Positions 49,990 through 60,024 of a stretch of 64,000 nucleotides of DNA are shown piece by piece (within the stretch, counting starts at the first letter, position 1; each line of letters begins with the position of its first letter). The stretch is from an uncultured Megasphaera sp. (GTDB lineage Bacteria; Bacillota; Negativicutes; Veillonellales; Megasphaeraceae). The position numbers were made by a program, and so were the translations under genes. The notes beneath the pieces are model-generated. The model made no database searches, was not told where the DNA came from, and saw only the letters and a program-made list of their open reading frames with translations. The stretch spans positions 76,702-140,701 of the forward strand of contig CAZDQW010000001.1 of NCBI GenBank assembly GCA_964507845.1, read 5' to 3'.

Positions 49990-50682
49990 TTGAATACAGT
50001 GAGTTTTTTTAGTGAAATAATGGACTTTCTCAGCGGTATCATGACTACGTTCATGGACTATTGCTACGCTTTTACTCAATCGATGGGATATCCGAGTTAT
50101 GGCTTGGCTATTATTATGCTGACCTTAATCATAAAATTGATCTTGTCGCCGCTTACGGCAAAGCAAATTCGTTCTATGGAAGGAATGCAGACATTACAGC
50201 CGAGAATAAAAGAACTGCAGAAGAAATATAAAGGAAATCAAAAGAAGCTTCAGGAAGAAATGGGAAAATTATATAGAGAAACAGGTGTGAATCCGCTGTC
50301 GGGATGTTTGCCGATCCTTATTCAAATGCCGTTTCTCATAGCTATTTTTTATGCATTGCGGTCATACCCCTATGATCCGGCTTATGAAAGCTTTTTATGG
50401 CTGCCGAGCTTGGGACAAGCAGACCCGACATATATCATGCCTATTTTGGCGGCGGCATCGACATATGTCATCCAAAAACAGATGTCGGCCACCTCGGTAG
50501 CAACGACAGAAGCGCAAGAAAAGCAGCAAAAGATCATGCGGGTTATTATGCCCTTATTTATTGGCTGGATTAGTTTAAACTTCCCAAGCGGTCTTGTTAT
50601 TTATTGGTTTTTGTCCAACATATTCCAATGGGGGCAGCAGATGATCATGTTCCGGAATAAGGGAAAGGGTGCAAAAGCATGA
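49990..50682 (+). CDS. yidC: YidC/Oxa1 membrane insertase (short form)
   Basis: YGLAII, LQP.IKELQ.KY, NPLSGCLPILIQMP, GLVIYW. Confidence 0.95.
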   Translation: MNTVSFFSEIMDFLSGIMTTFMDYCYAFTQSMGYPSYGLAIIMLTLIIKLILSPLTAKQIRSMEGMQTLQPRIKELQKKYKGNQKKLQEEMGKLYRETGVNPLSGCLPILIQMPFLIAIFYALRSYPYDPAYESFLWLPSLGQADPTYIMPILAAASTYVIQKQMSATSVATTEAQEKQQKIMRVIMPLFIGWISLNFPSGLVIYWFLSNIFQWGQQMIMFRNKGKGAKA

Positions 50683-51455
50683 AAACGATGGAAGCAACAG
50701 GAAAAACGATAGAAGATGCTGTGCGGTCCGGATTAGTCCGTCTCGGCATGATGGAAAATGAAGTAGAAATTGAAGTATTGGAAGAACCAAAAAGCGGATT
50801 TTTAGGCTTTGGAAGCAAGCCGGCGAAAGTGCGCCTGACAGAAAAAGAAAAGAGAACTACGGCGATTTGCGACTTGGAAAAAGAAACAAGTAAAAAAATA
50901 ACAGATGATGAACCGGCTATTGAAAAAAAAGAGGCTGCTGAAGAAGAAATACCATTAGAAGATGTTTGCGAACATACTGATGAAAAGGCAGAAATATTTA
51001 CTGCTGAAGAAGCGGCCGCCAGAGCTAAGGTTTTTTTACAAGATGTTCTTCGCAATATGGGTGTTCAGGTTATGATTGAAAAGATGATAAAACCTGATAA
51101 AGTTATTCTCCACCTTCGCGGCAAACATTTAGGCATTTTGATTGGAAAACATGGACAGACCTTGGACGCGCTTCAGTATTTGACGAATTTGACGACGAAT
51201 CAGGGAGAAGAAACACGTCATTTTATTATGCTGGATGTAGAAAATTACCGGCAGCGTCGGGAAGAAACGTTGAAGCAGTTAGCTTCCCGCTTGGCCGGCC
51301 GTGTCCGCCGAAATAAAGAGAAAGTAGTTCTGGAACCGATGAACGGGTATGAACGGAAAGTGATTCATGTAGCGTTGCAGAATGAAGAACATGTTCGCAC
51401 GGAAAGCGAAGGGCAGGATCCGTATCGTCATGTTGTCATTTATTACGAGAAATAA
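50679..51455 (+). CDS. jag: Jag/EloR/KhpB RNA-binding protein (Jag_N, KH, R3H)
   Basis: TGKTIEDA, LIGKHGQTLDALQ, LEPMNGYERKVIH. Confidence 0.95.
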   Translation: MKTMEATGKTIEDAVRSGLVRLGMMENEVEIEVLEEPKSGFLGFGSKPAKVRLTEKEKRTTAICDLEKETSKKITDDEPAIEKKEAAEEEIPLEDVCEHTDEKAEIFTAEEAAARAKVFLQDVLRNMGVQVMIEKMIKPDKVILHLRGKHLGILIGKHGQTLDALQYLTNLTTNQGEETRHFIMLDVENYRQRREETLKQLASRLAGRVRRNKEKVVLEPMNGYERKVIHVALQNEEHVRTESEGQDPYRHVVIYYEK

Positions 51456-51505
51456 AATATAGGCAGTGATTAGTCATCGTTAAGCAGATTATTCACTGGT
51501 GAGAC

Positions 51506-51537
51506 AAAAAAACCGGTGCTGCAGCGCCGGTTTTTTT
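51506..51537 (+). terminator. Intrinsic terminator between jag and mnmE
   Basis: AAAACCGGTGC/GCGCCGGTTTT stem followed by T-tract. Confidence 0.75.
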
Positions 51538-51551
51538 GAAAGGAGAATAGT

Positions 51552-52931
51552 ATGTACGATACAAGTGATACGATAGCTGCCATTGCCACGCCGCTGGGAG
51601 AAGGCGGTATCGGTGTTATCCGAATCAGCGGACCGGAGGCATATGCTGTCGGCGATGCCGTTTTTCGGAGTACATCTGATATACCGCTGGGGAAAAGACA
51701 GGATCGATCTATTCAGTACGGAATTATTTCCGACGATGACGGGATGCCTGTTGATGAAGTACTGATGCTCATTATGAAAGGACCTCATTCATATACGGCT
51801 GAAGATGTTTTGGAAATTCAGTGCCATGGAGGAAGGCAGTCGTTGGAACGTATTATGAGTCTTGTATTGCGGCATGGCGCTCGGCTGGCTTATCCGGGAG
51901 AATTTACGCAGCGCGCTTTTATAAACGGGCGAATTGATTTGGCGCAAGCCGAAGCTGTCATGGATGTCATTCAGGCAAAAAGCGCCAAGGGGTTAACTGC
52001 TGCCGTCAGCCAGCTTGAAGGACGTTTATCCAAAAGCATCAATACCATGCGGCTTCATTTAACCGATTTTATTACACGGCTGGAAGTTACGGTCGATTAT
52101 CCGGAAGAAGATCTGGAAGATATTGAAATTCCCGATATTGCGGCAGCTTTGCGCGATATGGAATCCCGTTTGGAAAAGATGCTGGCAGAATCGAGAGATG
52201 GACGCATAATACGGGATGGTGTTGTAGCAGCCATTGCCGGAACGCCGAATGCAGGAAAATCGAGTTTGCTGAACCGTTTTTTAGAGGAAGAAAGGGCGAT
52301 TGTTACGGATGTTCCCGGAACGACGCGAGACGTCATTGAGGAGTGGATAACGATTCAAGGCATTCCCGTCTGTTTGGTGGATACGGCAGGCATACGCAAT
52401 ACCAGCGATGCAGTAGAACAAATCGGCGTTCAGCGGGCTAAAGAATATATGGATAAAGCAGATATCGTTATTATTGTTGTCGATCAATCACGGCCGCTGC
52501 AGGATGAAGATAAACGCATTTTGACATCTGCCCAGGGAAAAGAAGGATTGATTGTGCTCAATAAAAATGATTTGACGCCGGTTATTCATGAAGGGGATGT
52601 TTCATTATATGGTTTTCCTGTTTTGTCTGTTTCCGCAAATTCCGGTAGTGGCATGGATAGGCTGAAAGAAAAGATCGTATCCATGGCTTTGCAGCATGAG
52701 CCGATGTCCGGTCAAAGCGCGCTGCTGACGAATACGCGTCATATTGAACTGGTTCGTCAAAGTCAGGATGCATTGCGTCGTGCTTTGGAATCAATCGAAA
52801 AGGGAATGCCTGTAGACTGCGCCATCGTTGATATTCGCGAAGCGTGGGAACTGCTGGGATCTATTACAGGTCAGACCGTTCATGACGATATTGTAGAAGA
52901 AATATTCAGCCGTTTTTGTTTAGGAAAGTAG
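51552..52931 (+). CDS. mnmE: tRNA modification GTPase MnmE
   Basis: [45 protein letters not shown]. Confidence 0.98.
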   Translation: MYDTSDTIAAIATPLGEGGIGVIRISGPEAYAVGDAVFRSTSDIPLGKRQDRSIQYGIISDDDGMPVDEVLMLIMKGPHSYTAEDVLEIQCHGGRQSLERIMSLVLRHGARLAYPGEFTQRAFINGRIDLAQAEAVMDVIQAKSAKGLTAAVSQLEGRLSKSINTMRLHLTDFITRLEVTVDYPEEDLEDIEIPDIAAALRDMESRLEKMLAESRDGRIIRDGVVAAIAGTPNAGKSSLLNRFLEEERAIVTDVPGTTRDVIEEWITIQGIPVCLVDTAGIRNTSDAVEQIGVQRAKEYMDKADIVIIVVDQSRPLQDEDKRILTSAQGKEGLIVLNKNDLTPVIHEGDVSLYGFPVLSVSANSGSGMDRLKEKIVSMALQHEPMSGQSALLTNTRHIELVRQSQDALRRALESIEKGMPVDCAIVDIREAWELLGSITGQTVHDDIVEEIFSRFCLGK

Positions 52932-52944
52932 AAAAGGTGAGAAC

Positions 52945-54834
52945 ATGTTTGTAGTCGATACATACGACGTCATCGTTATTGGCGCCGGTCACGCCGGCTG
53001 CGAAGCGGCGCTGGCCAGCGCGCGCCTCGGAGCAAAGACGCTGGCGGCTACGCTTAATCTCGATAATATTGCGCTCATGCCGTGCAACCCCGCCGTCGGA
53101 GGACCTGGAAAAAGCCATCTTGTTCGGGAAATAGATGCTCTTGGCGGACAAATGGCGATTAATACGGACAAAACATGCATTCAGATGCGTATGCTTAATA
53201 CCGGTAAAGGACCGGCAGTTTATTCTCTCCGGGCGCAGTCCGATAAGAAATTATACCAGATGATGATGACGGACGTACTGGAAAATCAGGAAAACCTGGA
53301 CGTAAAACAATTAATGGTTACGGAACTTCTTATAGATGACGGGAAGATTTCCGGCATCCGTACGGAAATGGATGAAGTATATAAAGCATCGTGCGTTATA
53401 TTGGCTACGGGTACCTATTTAAAAGGCAAGATCATTACCGGCGAATGCGTATATTCCGGCGGCCCTATGGGACAGCGGTCGGCTGAATTGTTGTCTGCAT
53501 CGTTAATAAAGGCAGGGCTTCATCTCATGCGGTTTAAGACCGGCACACCGGCGCGTGTCGATCGTCGTACGCTGCGGACTGAAAAAATGAAGGTGCAGGA
53601 AGGCGATAAAGAAGGCCAGGCTTTTTCTTTTATGTCGGAACGGAGAAATCGCAGCAAAGAATGTTGTTGGCTGACATTTACAAATGAAGAAACCCATCGC
53701 ATCATACGGGAAAATTTGCAGCGGGCACCTATGTGCAACGGCGTTATTCAAGGTACAGGGCCGCGGTACTGCCCGTCAATAGAATCTAAAATAGTGCGAT
53801 TTGCCGATAAAAAACGGCATCAGCTTTTTATTGAGCCGGAAGGAGAAACAACGGAAGAAATGTATGTGCAGGGAATGAGCACAAGCCTTCCTGTTGACGT
53901 TCAATATGCCTTTTTGCGCACTATTCCCGGATTGGAAGACGTAAAGATTATGAGGCCCGGTTATGCGATCGAATATGATTGCCTCGATCCGACACAGCTT
54001 ACCGCTTCATTGGAAACAAAAAAAATAGAAGGACTTTTTTCCGCAGGACAATCCAACGGTACAAGCGGATATGAAGAAGCCGCTGCGCAAGGACTTATTG
54101 CCGGCATTAATGCTGCCCGCAAAGTGCAGGGCAAAGAGCCGTTTATCCTTACTCGTTCCGAGGCGTACATCGGCGTTCTTATTGATGATTTGGTGACGAA
54201 AGGCACGAATGAACCGTACCGCATGATGACAAGCCGTTCCGAATACAGGCTGATTTTGCGGCAGGATAACGCCGATTTGCGCTTGACGCAGAAAGGATAT
54301 GATCTTGGTCTGGTTACGCAGGAAAGATACGATGCATTTGTTAAAAAGAAAAAAGCCGTTGACGCCGGGCTGGCGGCGTTGAAGGAAATTTCTGTCACTC
54401 CAGCAAAAGTAAATCAGGAAAAGCTGGCATCTATTAGAACGGCGCCTATCCGGACGGCTCTTAAAGCATATGACCTGCTGCGCCGTAATGAAGTGACGTA
54501 TAAGTTATTGTGCCGCATTTTCCCGCTTCCTGTTCTTGATGAAGATGCCTGCGAAGAAATAGAAATTATAGTAAAGTATGAGGGATATATAGAACGGCAG
54601 CTTGAACAAGTTGAAAAAATGAATCGGCTGGAAAAGAAACTTATGCCGGAAGATATTGTTTATGCCGATATTGATACGCTGTCCGGGGAAGCGAGACAGA
54701 AATTAGATGCTATCCGGCCTCGTTCATTAGGTCAAGCAAGCCGGATTTCCGGCGTATCGCCTGCAGATATTACGGCGCTGCTCATCGTGTTGGAACAGCG
54801 CCGGCGGGAGGAGAAAAGCAATGTTTCGAATTGA
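52945..54834 (+). CDS. mnmG: tRNA uridine 5-carboxymethylaminomethyl modification enzyme MnmG/GidA
   Basis: [37 protein letters not shown]. Confidence 0.98.
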   Translation: MFVVDTYDVIVIGAGHAGCEAALASARLGAKTLAATLNLDNIALMPCNPAVGGPGKSHLVREIDALGGQMAINTDKTCIQMRMLNTGKGPAVYSLRAQSDKKLYQMMMTDVLENQENLDVKQLMVTELLIDDGKISGIRTEMDEVYKASCVILATGTYLKGKIITGECVYSGGPMGQRSAELLSASLIKAGLHLMRFKTGTPARVDRRTLRTEKMKVQEGDKEGQAFSFMSERRNRSKECCWLTFTNEETHRIIRENLQRAPMCNGVIQGTGPRYCPSIESKIVRFADKKRHQLFIEPEGETTEEMYVQGMSTSLPVDVQYAFLRTIPGLEDVKIMRPGYAIEYDCLDPTQLTASLETKKIEGLFSAGQSNGTSGYEEAAAQGLIAGINAARKVQGKEPFILTRSEAYIGVLIDDLVTKGTNEPYRMMTSRSEYRLILRQDNADLRLTQKGYDLGLVTQERYDAFVKKKKAVDAGLAALKEISVTPAKVNQEKLASIRTAPIRTALKAYDLLRRNEVTYKLLCRIFPLPVLDEDACEEIEIIVKYEGYIERQLEQVEKMNRLEKKLMPEDIVYADIDTLSGEARQKLDAIRPRSLGQASRISGVSPADITALLIVLEQRRREEKSNVSN

Positions 54835-55531
54835 ACTTGAAAAAGCGGCTGATCAGTTCGGCATAACACTGACGGAAGAACAAATTGATAAATTCTGCAT
54901 TTTTGCAGAACTGCTTGTTGAAACGAATAAAGTCATGAATTTGACGGCTATTACTGATCCTTTCGGCGTTGCAGTCAAACACGTCATCGATAGTTTGTCC
55001 TGTTATGACGAAAAATTTTTTCCAAACAAAGCCTCTCTTCTTGATTTAGGCACCGGCGCCGGATTTCCCGGTATGCCTCTTCTTATATACAGACCGGATC
55101 TTCAGGTTACTTTTTTCGATTCTTTGCGGAAACGGCTTGACTTTTTACAACAGGCAGCGGAAAAACTTAAGGTTAAGGCGAAGTTTCTTCATGGCCGGGC
55201 CGAAGATATGGCTCATGAAGCGGCGTATCGGGAAAAATTCGATATTGTAACCAGCCGGGCCGTAGCCAGACTGCCTGTATTAAATGAGTGGGCTCTTCCA
55301 TATGTTTCCTGCGGAGGCGTATTTATTTCCCTGAAAGGGGCTCAGTATGAAGAAGAATTAGCTGATTCGAAAAACGGGCTGAACATATTGGGAGGGGCTG
55401 TATCTGCCGTACACCCTGTTCATTTACCGGGAATTGACGATAAACGGGCTGTCATATATATTAAGAAAGTTAGCCCCAGTCCGAAAAAATATCCGCGCAA
55501 GCCGAAAGCAGCGGAGAAACATCCGCTGTAA
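54821..55531 (+). CDS. rsmG: 16S rRNA m7G527 methyltransferase RsmG/GidB
   Basis: [27 protein letters not shown]. Confidence 0.96.
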   Translation: MFRIELEKAADQFGITLTEEQIDKFCIFAELLVETNKVMNLTAITDPFGVAVKHVIDSLSCYDEKFFPNKASLLDLGTGAGFPGMPLLIYRPDLQVTFFDSLRKRLDFLQQAAEKLKVKAKFLHGRAEDMAHEAAYREKFDIVTSRAVARLPVLNEWALPYVSCGGVFISLKGAQYEEELADSKNGLNILGGAVSAVHPVHLPGIDDKRAVIYIKKVSPSPKKYPRKPKAAEKHPL

Positions 55532-55564
55532 TACAGCTATTTCATGAAGGAGAGTGACGGTGCA

Positions 55565-56500
55565 ATGTCTTTAAGAAAAATAGTTACAATCATAGCGGCG
55601 GTCGGACTGGCGGCATCTGCAGCGGCAGCATCCGCGGCGGAACTGCCGGATGTCAAAGCGCAGTCTGCCTATGTCATGGATGCAGATACAGGAGACACGC
55701 TTTATGTTAAAAATCCTGATGTGCAAGGATACCCGGGCAGTACGACAAAAATTATGACCTGTATTATTGCCTTAGAGAAAGGAAAAAATAAAATGGATCA
55801 GGCTGTTGTTATTTCAGATGATTCGCTGCGCATGGACAGCGACGTATCTGTATTAGGTCTGCAGCCCGGCGACCAAGTAACGCTGCGTAATGCATTGACA
55901 GGGATGATGCTCGTATCCGGCTGCGATGCGGCAGTAGATATTGCCGAAACGGTTATGCCGACAGAAGCTGACTTTGTAGCTGCCATGAATGAAAAAGCTG
56001 GTGCTGTTGGCGCGAACCGTACTCATTTTACGAATCCCCATGGACTTCCTGACGAAAATCATTACACGACGGCTCGGGATTTGGCTCAAATAGCCGCATA
56101 CGGAATGAAAATGGAAGAATTCCGTAATATCGTTAGTAAAAGTGAGTTTGACATGCCTTACATAACCGGCGGATACAAGCATTGCATATCGACAAATGAA
56201 TTTTTAACCGGCGGCTTTCCCGGCGCCAACGGCGTAAAAACGGGGACGACAAATGCCGGAGGCCCCTGCCTTGTCGTATCGGCAACGCAAAACGGGCGTA
56301 CGGTTATTGCGGCGATAGTCAATTCAGAAGATCGTTATGGCGACGCTCAAGAATTGATGGCGTACGGCTTTTCGGTTTTAAAACCGTCAGAAAATGTTTA
56401 TGTTATCAGAAAAGCACCGGCAGGACAGAAACTTTCATCACCTTCATCTCGTGCGGCGGGAGCAGGTGAAAACAACAGGGATTCAAAAACATCGGCATAA
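55565..56500 (+). CDS. Peptidase S11 low-molecular-weight PBP (DD-carboxypeptidase/transpeptidase) with signal peptide
   Basis: STTK, SGC, HFTNPHGL, KTG. Ala-rich signal peptide; no obvious C-terminal anchor. Confidence 0.9.
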   Translation: MSLRKIVTIIAAVGLAASAAAASAAELPDVKAQSAYVMDADTGDTLYVKNPDVQGYPGSTTKIMTCIIALEKGKNKMDQAVVISDDSLRMDSDVSVLGLQPGDQVTLRNALTGMMLVSGCDAAVDIAETVMPTEADFVAAMNEKAGAVGANRTHFTNPHGLPDENHYTTARDLAQIAAYGMKMEEFRNIVSKSEFDMPYITGGYKHCISTNEFLTGGFPGANGVKTGTTNAGGPCLVVSATQNGRTVIAAIVNSEDRYGDAQELMAYGFSVLKPSENVYVIRKAPAGQKLSSPSSRAAGAGENNRDSKTSA

Positions 56501-56503
56501 TTC

Positions 56504-56532
56504 TTGACAGAAATGAAATATATCCGTATAAT
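56504..56532 (+). promoter_or_regulatory. Consensus promoter driving the riboswitch-MFS transcript
   Basis: TTGACA (56504)-17 nt-TATAAT (56527). Confidence 0.88.
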
Positions 56533-56554
56533 CAAAACATGACAAGTACATAAT

Positions 56555-56628
56555 CAATGCAGGACTGACGGAATTAAGTGGAATAACCACGTGGACTGCA
56601 TGGTGAAAAAGCGCCGACCGTCTGGGCA
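56555..56628 (+). ncRNA. ZMP/ZTP (pfl) riboswitch aptamer
   Basis: P1 TGCAG/CTGCA enclosing GACTGACGGA, P2 GTGG-AATAA-CCAC, A-rich linker, 3' element GCCGACCGTCTGGGC; pseudoknot GACGG (56567-71)/CCGTC (56618-22). Confidence 0.85.
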
Positions 56629-56669
56629 AAGAGTACATCTGTTCTTTGGCTGGGCGATCGGCGTTTTTT
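56612..56669 (+). terminator. Riboswitch expression-platform terminator overlapping the 3' aptamer
   Basis: CGCCGACCGTCTGGGCAAAGA pairs with TCTTTGGCTGGGCGATCGGCG, followed by TTTTTT. Confidence 0.82.
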
Positions 56670-56705
56670 ACGGGATTGCCGGCCTTGCAAAGGAGAGAGT
56701 TTTAC

Positions 56706-57989
56706 ATGAAACGAAATCGGTGGCTCATCGCTTTGTCGGCTATGGGGATCCATATCTGCATTGGCAGCGTCTATGCATGGAGCGTACTGACGAAGCCAAT
56801 AATGGAAAACATGGGATTTTCCCTTCAGGAAACGACGTGGACATTTTCTTTGGCTATTTTATTTTTAGGACTTTCCGCAGGATTTCTCGGCAATTTTGTC
56901 CAAAAAGCAGGTCCGCGCGTATCCGGCCTCGTTTCTACTTTGTTTTTCGGCAGCGCAATGTTTGGAACGGCGGCGGCAATGTATTTCCACAGCCTGCCTA
57001 TGCTGTATCTGTTTTATGGCGTTATCGGCGGCATCGGGCTGGGAACAGGGTACATAACGCCTGTCTCGACACTTGTCAAATGGTTTCCCGATAACCGCGG
57101 CTTTGCAACAGGCCTGGCGATTATGGGTTTTGGCTTTGCCAGCATGATTGCCGGACCGGTTATGCAGCTTTTAGTAGCCAATTTCGGACTGACGGAAAAT
57201 TTCATTATTCTTGGCGTTGTGTATGTTGTTATCATGACGGCTTCGTCCTTGTATCTGGCGCCGCCTAAGGAAAATGAAATGCCCCGTCCCGATATCAGTC
57301 TGCAGGGAGCGGAAGAAAAGCACCGTCCCGTATATGCAGACGCAATGCCGCAATTTTCGCTGAATGATGCGATGAAAACATGGCAACTGTATACAATTTG
57401 GTGGCTCTTTTTTGTCAATATTGCCTGCGGTATTGCCCTGCTGGCCGTCGTATCGCCGATGGCGCAGGAAGTAGTCGGCATGTCGCCGATGGCGGCGGCG
57501 TCCATGGTCGGAGTCATCGGCTTTTTAAACGGCGCCGGCCGTATTGCCTGGGCAACGGTATCTGATTATATCGGCCGGGCCAATACGTATGTTTTATTTT
57601 TCTTTATTGAAGTACTGGCATTTTATAAGTTATCAACAGAAACAAATGCTTTTAGTTTTCAGATTATTGTGCTGCTTATTATTACTTGCTACGGCGGCGG
57701 CTTTTCGTGTATGCCCGCTTACTTGAGCGATTTATTCGGCACAAAATCGCTGAGCGCTATTCACGGACGCATTCTTACGGCTTGGGGTGCTGCCGGCGTG
57801 GCCGGGCCTCTTCTTCTGTCGTGGATTAAGGAAACGACAAACAGCTATGCTTTTACGCTGCAGGCTTTTTCAGCGCTTTTTGTGACGTCTTTGTTTATTA
57901 TGATTTTCCTCAAAATAAAAACACGTCATGGTATTGTGCAGAACCAAGCGTATTGGCCGGTAAAAAATAAATCTGTTGAAAAATTATAA
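56706..57989 (+). CDS. MFS transporter, oxalate/formate antiporter (OFA, YhjX/OxlT) family
   Basis: GSVYAWSV, GIGLGTGYITPVSTLVKWFPDNRGFATG, NGAGRIAW..SDYIGR, CYGGGF..PAYLSDLFG. Start after AAGGAG. Confidence 0.92.
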   Translation: MKRNRWLIALSAMGIHICIGSVYAWSVLTKPIMENMGFSLQETTWTFSLAILFLGLSAGFLGNFVQKAGPRVSGLVSTLFFGSAMFGTAAAMYFHSLPMLYLFYGVIGGIGLGTGYITPVSTLVKWFPDNRGFATGLAIMGFGFASMIAGPVMQLLVANFGLTENFIILGVVYVVIMTASSLYLAPPKENEMPRPDISLQGAEEKHRPVYADAMPQFSLNDAMKTWQLYTIWWLFFVNIACGIALLAVVSPMAQEVVGMSPMAAASMVGVIGFLNGAGRIAWATVSDYIGRANTYVLFFFIEVLAFYKLSTETNAFSFQIIVLLIITCYGGGFSCMPAYLSDLFGTKSLSAIHGRILTAWGAAGVAGPLLLSWIKETTNSYAFTLQAFSALFVTSLFIMIFLKIKTRHGIVQNQAYWPVKNKSVEKL

Positions 57990-58001
57990 TCTGGATAATG
58001 T

Positions 58002-58034
58002 AAAAACAGCTGTCTGCGGACAGCTGTTTTTTTT
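58002..58034 (+). terminator. Intrinsic terminator
   Basis: AAAAACAGCTGTC/GACAGCTGTTTTT followed by T-tract. Confidence 0.85.
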
Positions 58035-58236
58035 ATAATGACAAGAATGACAACTTTGTTATACAGTTAATTTTTGTCGGTGCGCATAATTTGGAGGTCA
58101 TAATATACGTTATTCGATACGTTCATGGTTCCTGATGAATCCTGTTCCGTTTTAAAATGTATTGGCGGTGCAATTTTATATTAGAGGACATAGCCGGAAT
58201 AAATAGATTCCTGCCAGTATGATATATAGACATAAG

Positions 58237-58308
58237 TGACTGGTTATGATTGATTTTTAAAAATAATGACTGAAAAAGATTGAAATTGATTGAATGTGAA
58301 TGTATAAT
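58237..58308 (+). promoter_or_regulatory. fru promoter overlapped by 10-bp-period FruR-type operator repeats
   Basis: TGACTGGTTA, TGATTGATTT, (gap), TGACTGAAAA, AGATTGAAAT, TGATTGAATG, TGAATGTATA, in exact 10-bp phase. -35 TTGAAA (58280), -10 TATAAT (58303). Confidence 0.78.
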
Positions 58309-58331
58309 AAAGATGAAAAGAGGTGAGATGC

Positions 58332-59090
58332 ATGTTAACGGAGGAACGGAAAGAGGAAATTTTGCGTCTTGTCAATACGCACAGAGCGATGACAGTGCAA
58401 GAATTAGTCCGTTATCTGGATATTTCCGAATCGACGGCACGGCGGGATTTGGCGGCATTAGATCAGGAAGGATTGCTGAAACGGGTTCACGGCGGTGCAA
58501 CGACGCTGCGGGAGGGAACGTATGATGCGGATATGGAAGATCTGCAGGATAAATATTCGTTTCATTTGCTGGAAAAACGGCAGATTGCGCAGTTTGCGTC
58601 TGCGCAGGTGAAAAAAAATGATTTTGTGTATTTGGATGCCGGTTCAACGGTTGAACAAATGGCCGATTTTCTTTCCGGATCGGAAGCGTCTTTTGTAACA
58701 AACAGCATCCCTTTAGCGAAAAAACTGGCCCGCAGCGGAGCAGCCGTTTATATTCTTCCCGGAAAGGTTAAAGGACGGACAGAGGCTGTTATTGGCAGCG
58801 AAATGAGGGATATGCTGAGCCGGTATCACTTTACGAAAGGTTTTTTCGGAACAAACGGTATTTCTTCGGCAAATGGCTGCACGACGCCGGATATAGAAGA
58901 AGCCGCCTGCAAACGGGCAGCGGTGATGCAGTGCGAAACGGCGTATGTTTTGGCAGATACAGCCAAATTCGGCTTGTCATCTCACATTACCTTTGCCGAG
59001 CTTTCTCAGGTAACGATTATTACGGCAAAAGGAGAAAGAGTTATAGATTATGAGCCGTATAAAAATATAACGGAGGTGCATGTGCTTTGA
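58332..59090 (+). CDS. fruR: DeoR-family fructose repressor
   Basis: SESTARRDL..L...RVHGGA, YLDAGST, TNS, KGFFGTNG, ADTAKF. Confidence 0.92.
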   Translation: MLTEERKEEILRLVNTHRAMTVQELVRYLDISESTARRDLAALDQEGLLKRVHGGATTLREGTYDADMEDLQDKYSFHLLEKRQIAQFASAQVKKNDFVYLDAGSTVEQMADFLSGSEASFVTNSIPLAKKLARSGAAVYILPGKVKGRTEAVIGSEMRDMLSRYHFTKGFFGTNGISSANGCTTPDIEEAACKRAAVMQCETAYVLADTAKFGLSSHITFAELSQVTIITAKGERVIDYEPYKNITEVHVL

Positions 59091-59995
59091 TTTATACAGT
59101 AACATTTAATCCTTCTCTTGATTATGTCGTACGTATGGAGCAATTTACGGCCGGCGGAATCAATCGGGCGGAAGAAGAGAGGATTTATCCAGGCGGCAAA
59201 GGCGTCAATGTTGCGCTGGTCTTGGGAAATCTTGGTATTCCGGCTAAAATGCTGGGTTTTGTTGCCGGATTTACAGGCCGCGAAATTGAACGCCTTGCTG
59301 CGGAAAACGGCGGTAATTGTGAATTTATCAGGCTGGATACAGGGTATTCGCGCATCAATCTGAAAATAAGCGCTGAAGAAGAAACGGCGGTCAACGGGGC
59401 AGGTCCTGACGTTCCGCCGGATAAGGTGGAGGCGCTGATAAAGCAGATTGAAACGATAGCCGACGGCGATACGCTGGTCTTGGCCGGAAGTATTCCTGCA
59501 ACGCTTCCCAATAATATGTACGAACAGATTATGGATCGTCTTGCTGCCCGGCCTATCCATATTGTTGTCGATGCGACTGGCGATTTATTGAAAAACGTGC
59601 TGCCGTACAGGCCTTTTCTTATTAAACCGAATCAATTTGAGTTAGGCGAGCTGTTTGGCGCCGATTTATGCACAGATGAAGAAATTACGGAATGCGCGAA
59701 AAATCTGCAGGATAGAGGGGCGAGAAATGTCCTCGTATCTCTCGGCGGAGACGGAGCGCTTCTTGTTGGTGAAGACGGAACGGTATATCGAATGAAATCG
59801 CCGGGCGGAAAACTCGTCAATTCCGTTGGAGCCGGAGACAGCATGGTTGCCGGTTTTCTCGCAGGTTTTGCGTCGTCAGGCGGCGATCTTCACGAAGCGT
59901 TGAAAATGGGCGTCAGCGCCGGCAGTGCGTCGGCTTTTCGTGAGTGGCTGGCGGCAAAAGAAGATATTGAAGAAATATATGGATTATTGACGTAG
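59087..59995 (+). CDS. fruK: 1-phosphofructokinase
   Basis: TVTFNPSLDY, PGGKGVNV, IKPNQFEL, NSVGAGDSMVAG. Confidence 0.94.
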   Translation: MIYTVTFNPSLDYVVRMEQFTAGGINRAEEERIYPGGKGVNVALVLGNLGIPAKMLGFVAGFTGREIERLAAENGGNCEFIRLDTGYSRINLKISAEEETAVNGAGPDVPPDKVEALIKQIETIADGDTLVLAGSIPATLPNNMYEQIMDRLAARPIHIVVDATGDLLKNVLPYRPFLIKPNQFELGELFGADLCTDEEITECAKNLQDRGARNVLVSLGGDGALLVGEDGTVYRMKSPGGKLVNSVGAGDSMVAGFLAGFASSGGDLHEALKMGVSAGSASAFREWLAAKEDIEEIYGLLT

Positions 59996-60024
59996 AAAAA
60001 TCATTTGTAGAGGAGAAAAAGCAC

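Noticed and set aside
58237-58306. Periodic repeats considered as a mini-CRISPR or iteron array
   Set aside because: 10-bp degenerate units without spacers that overlap the fru promoter; they match the known FruR operator pattern TGAWWG.
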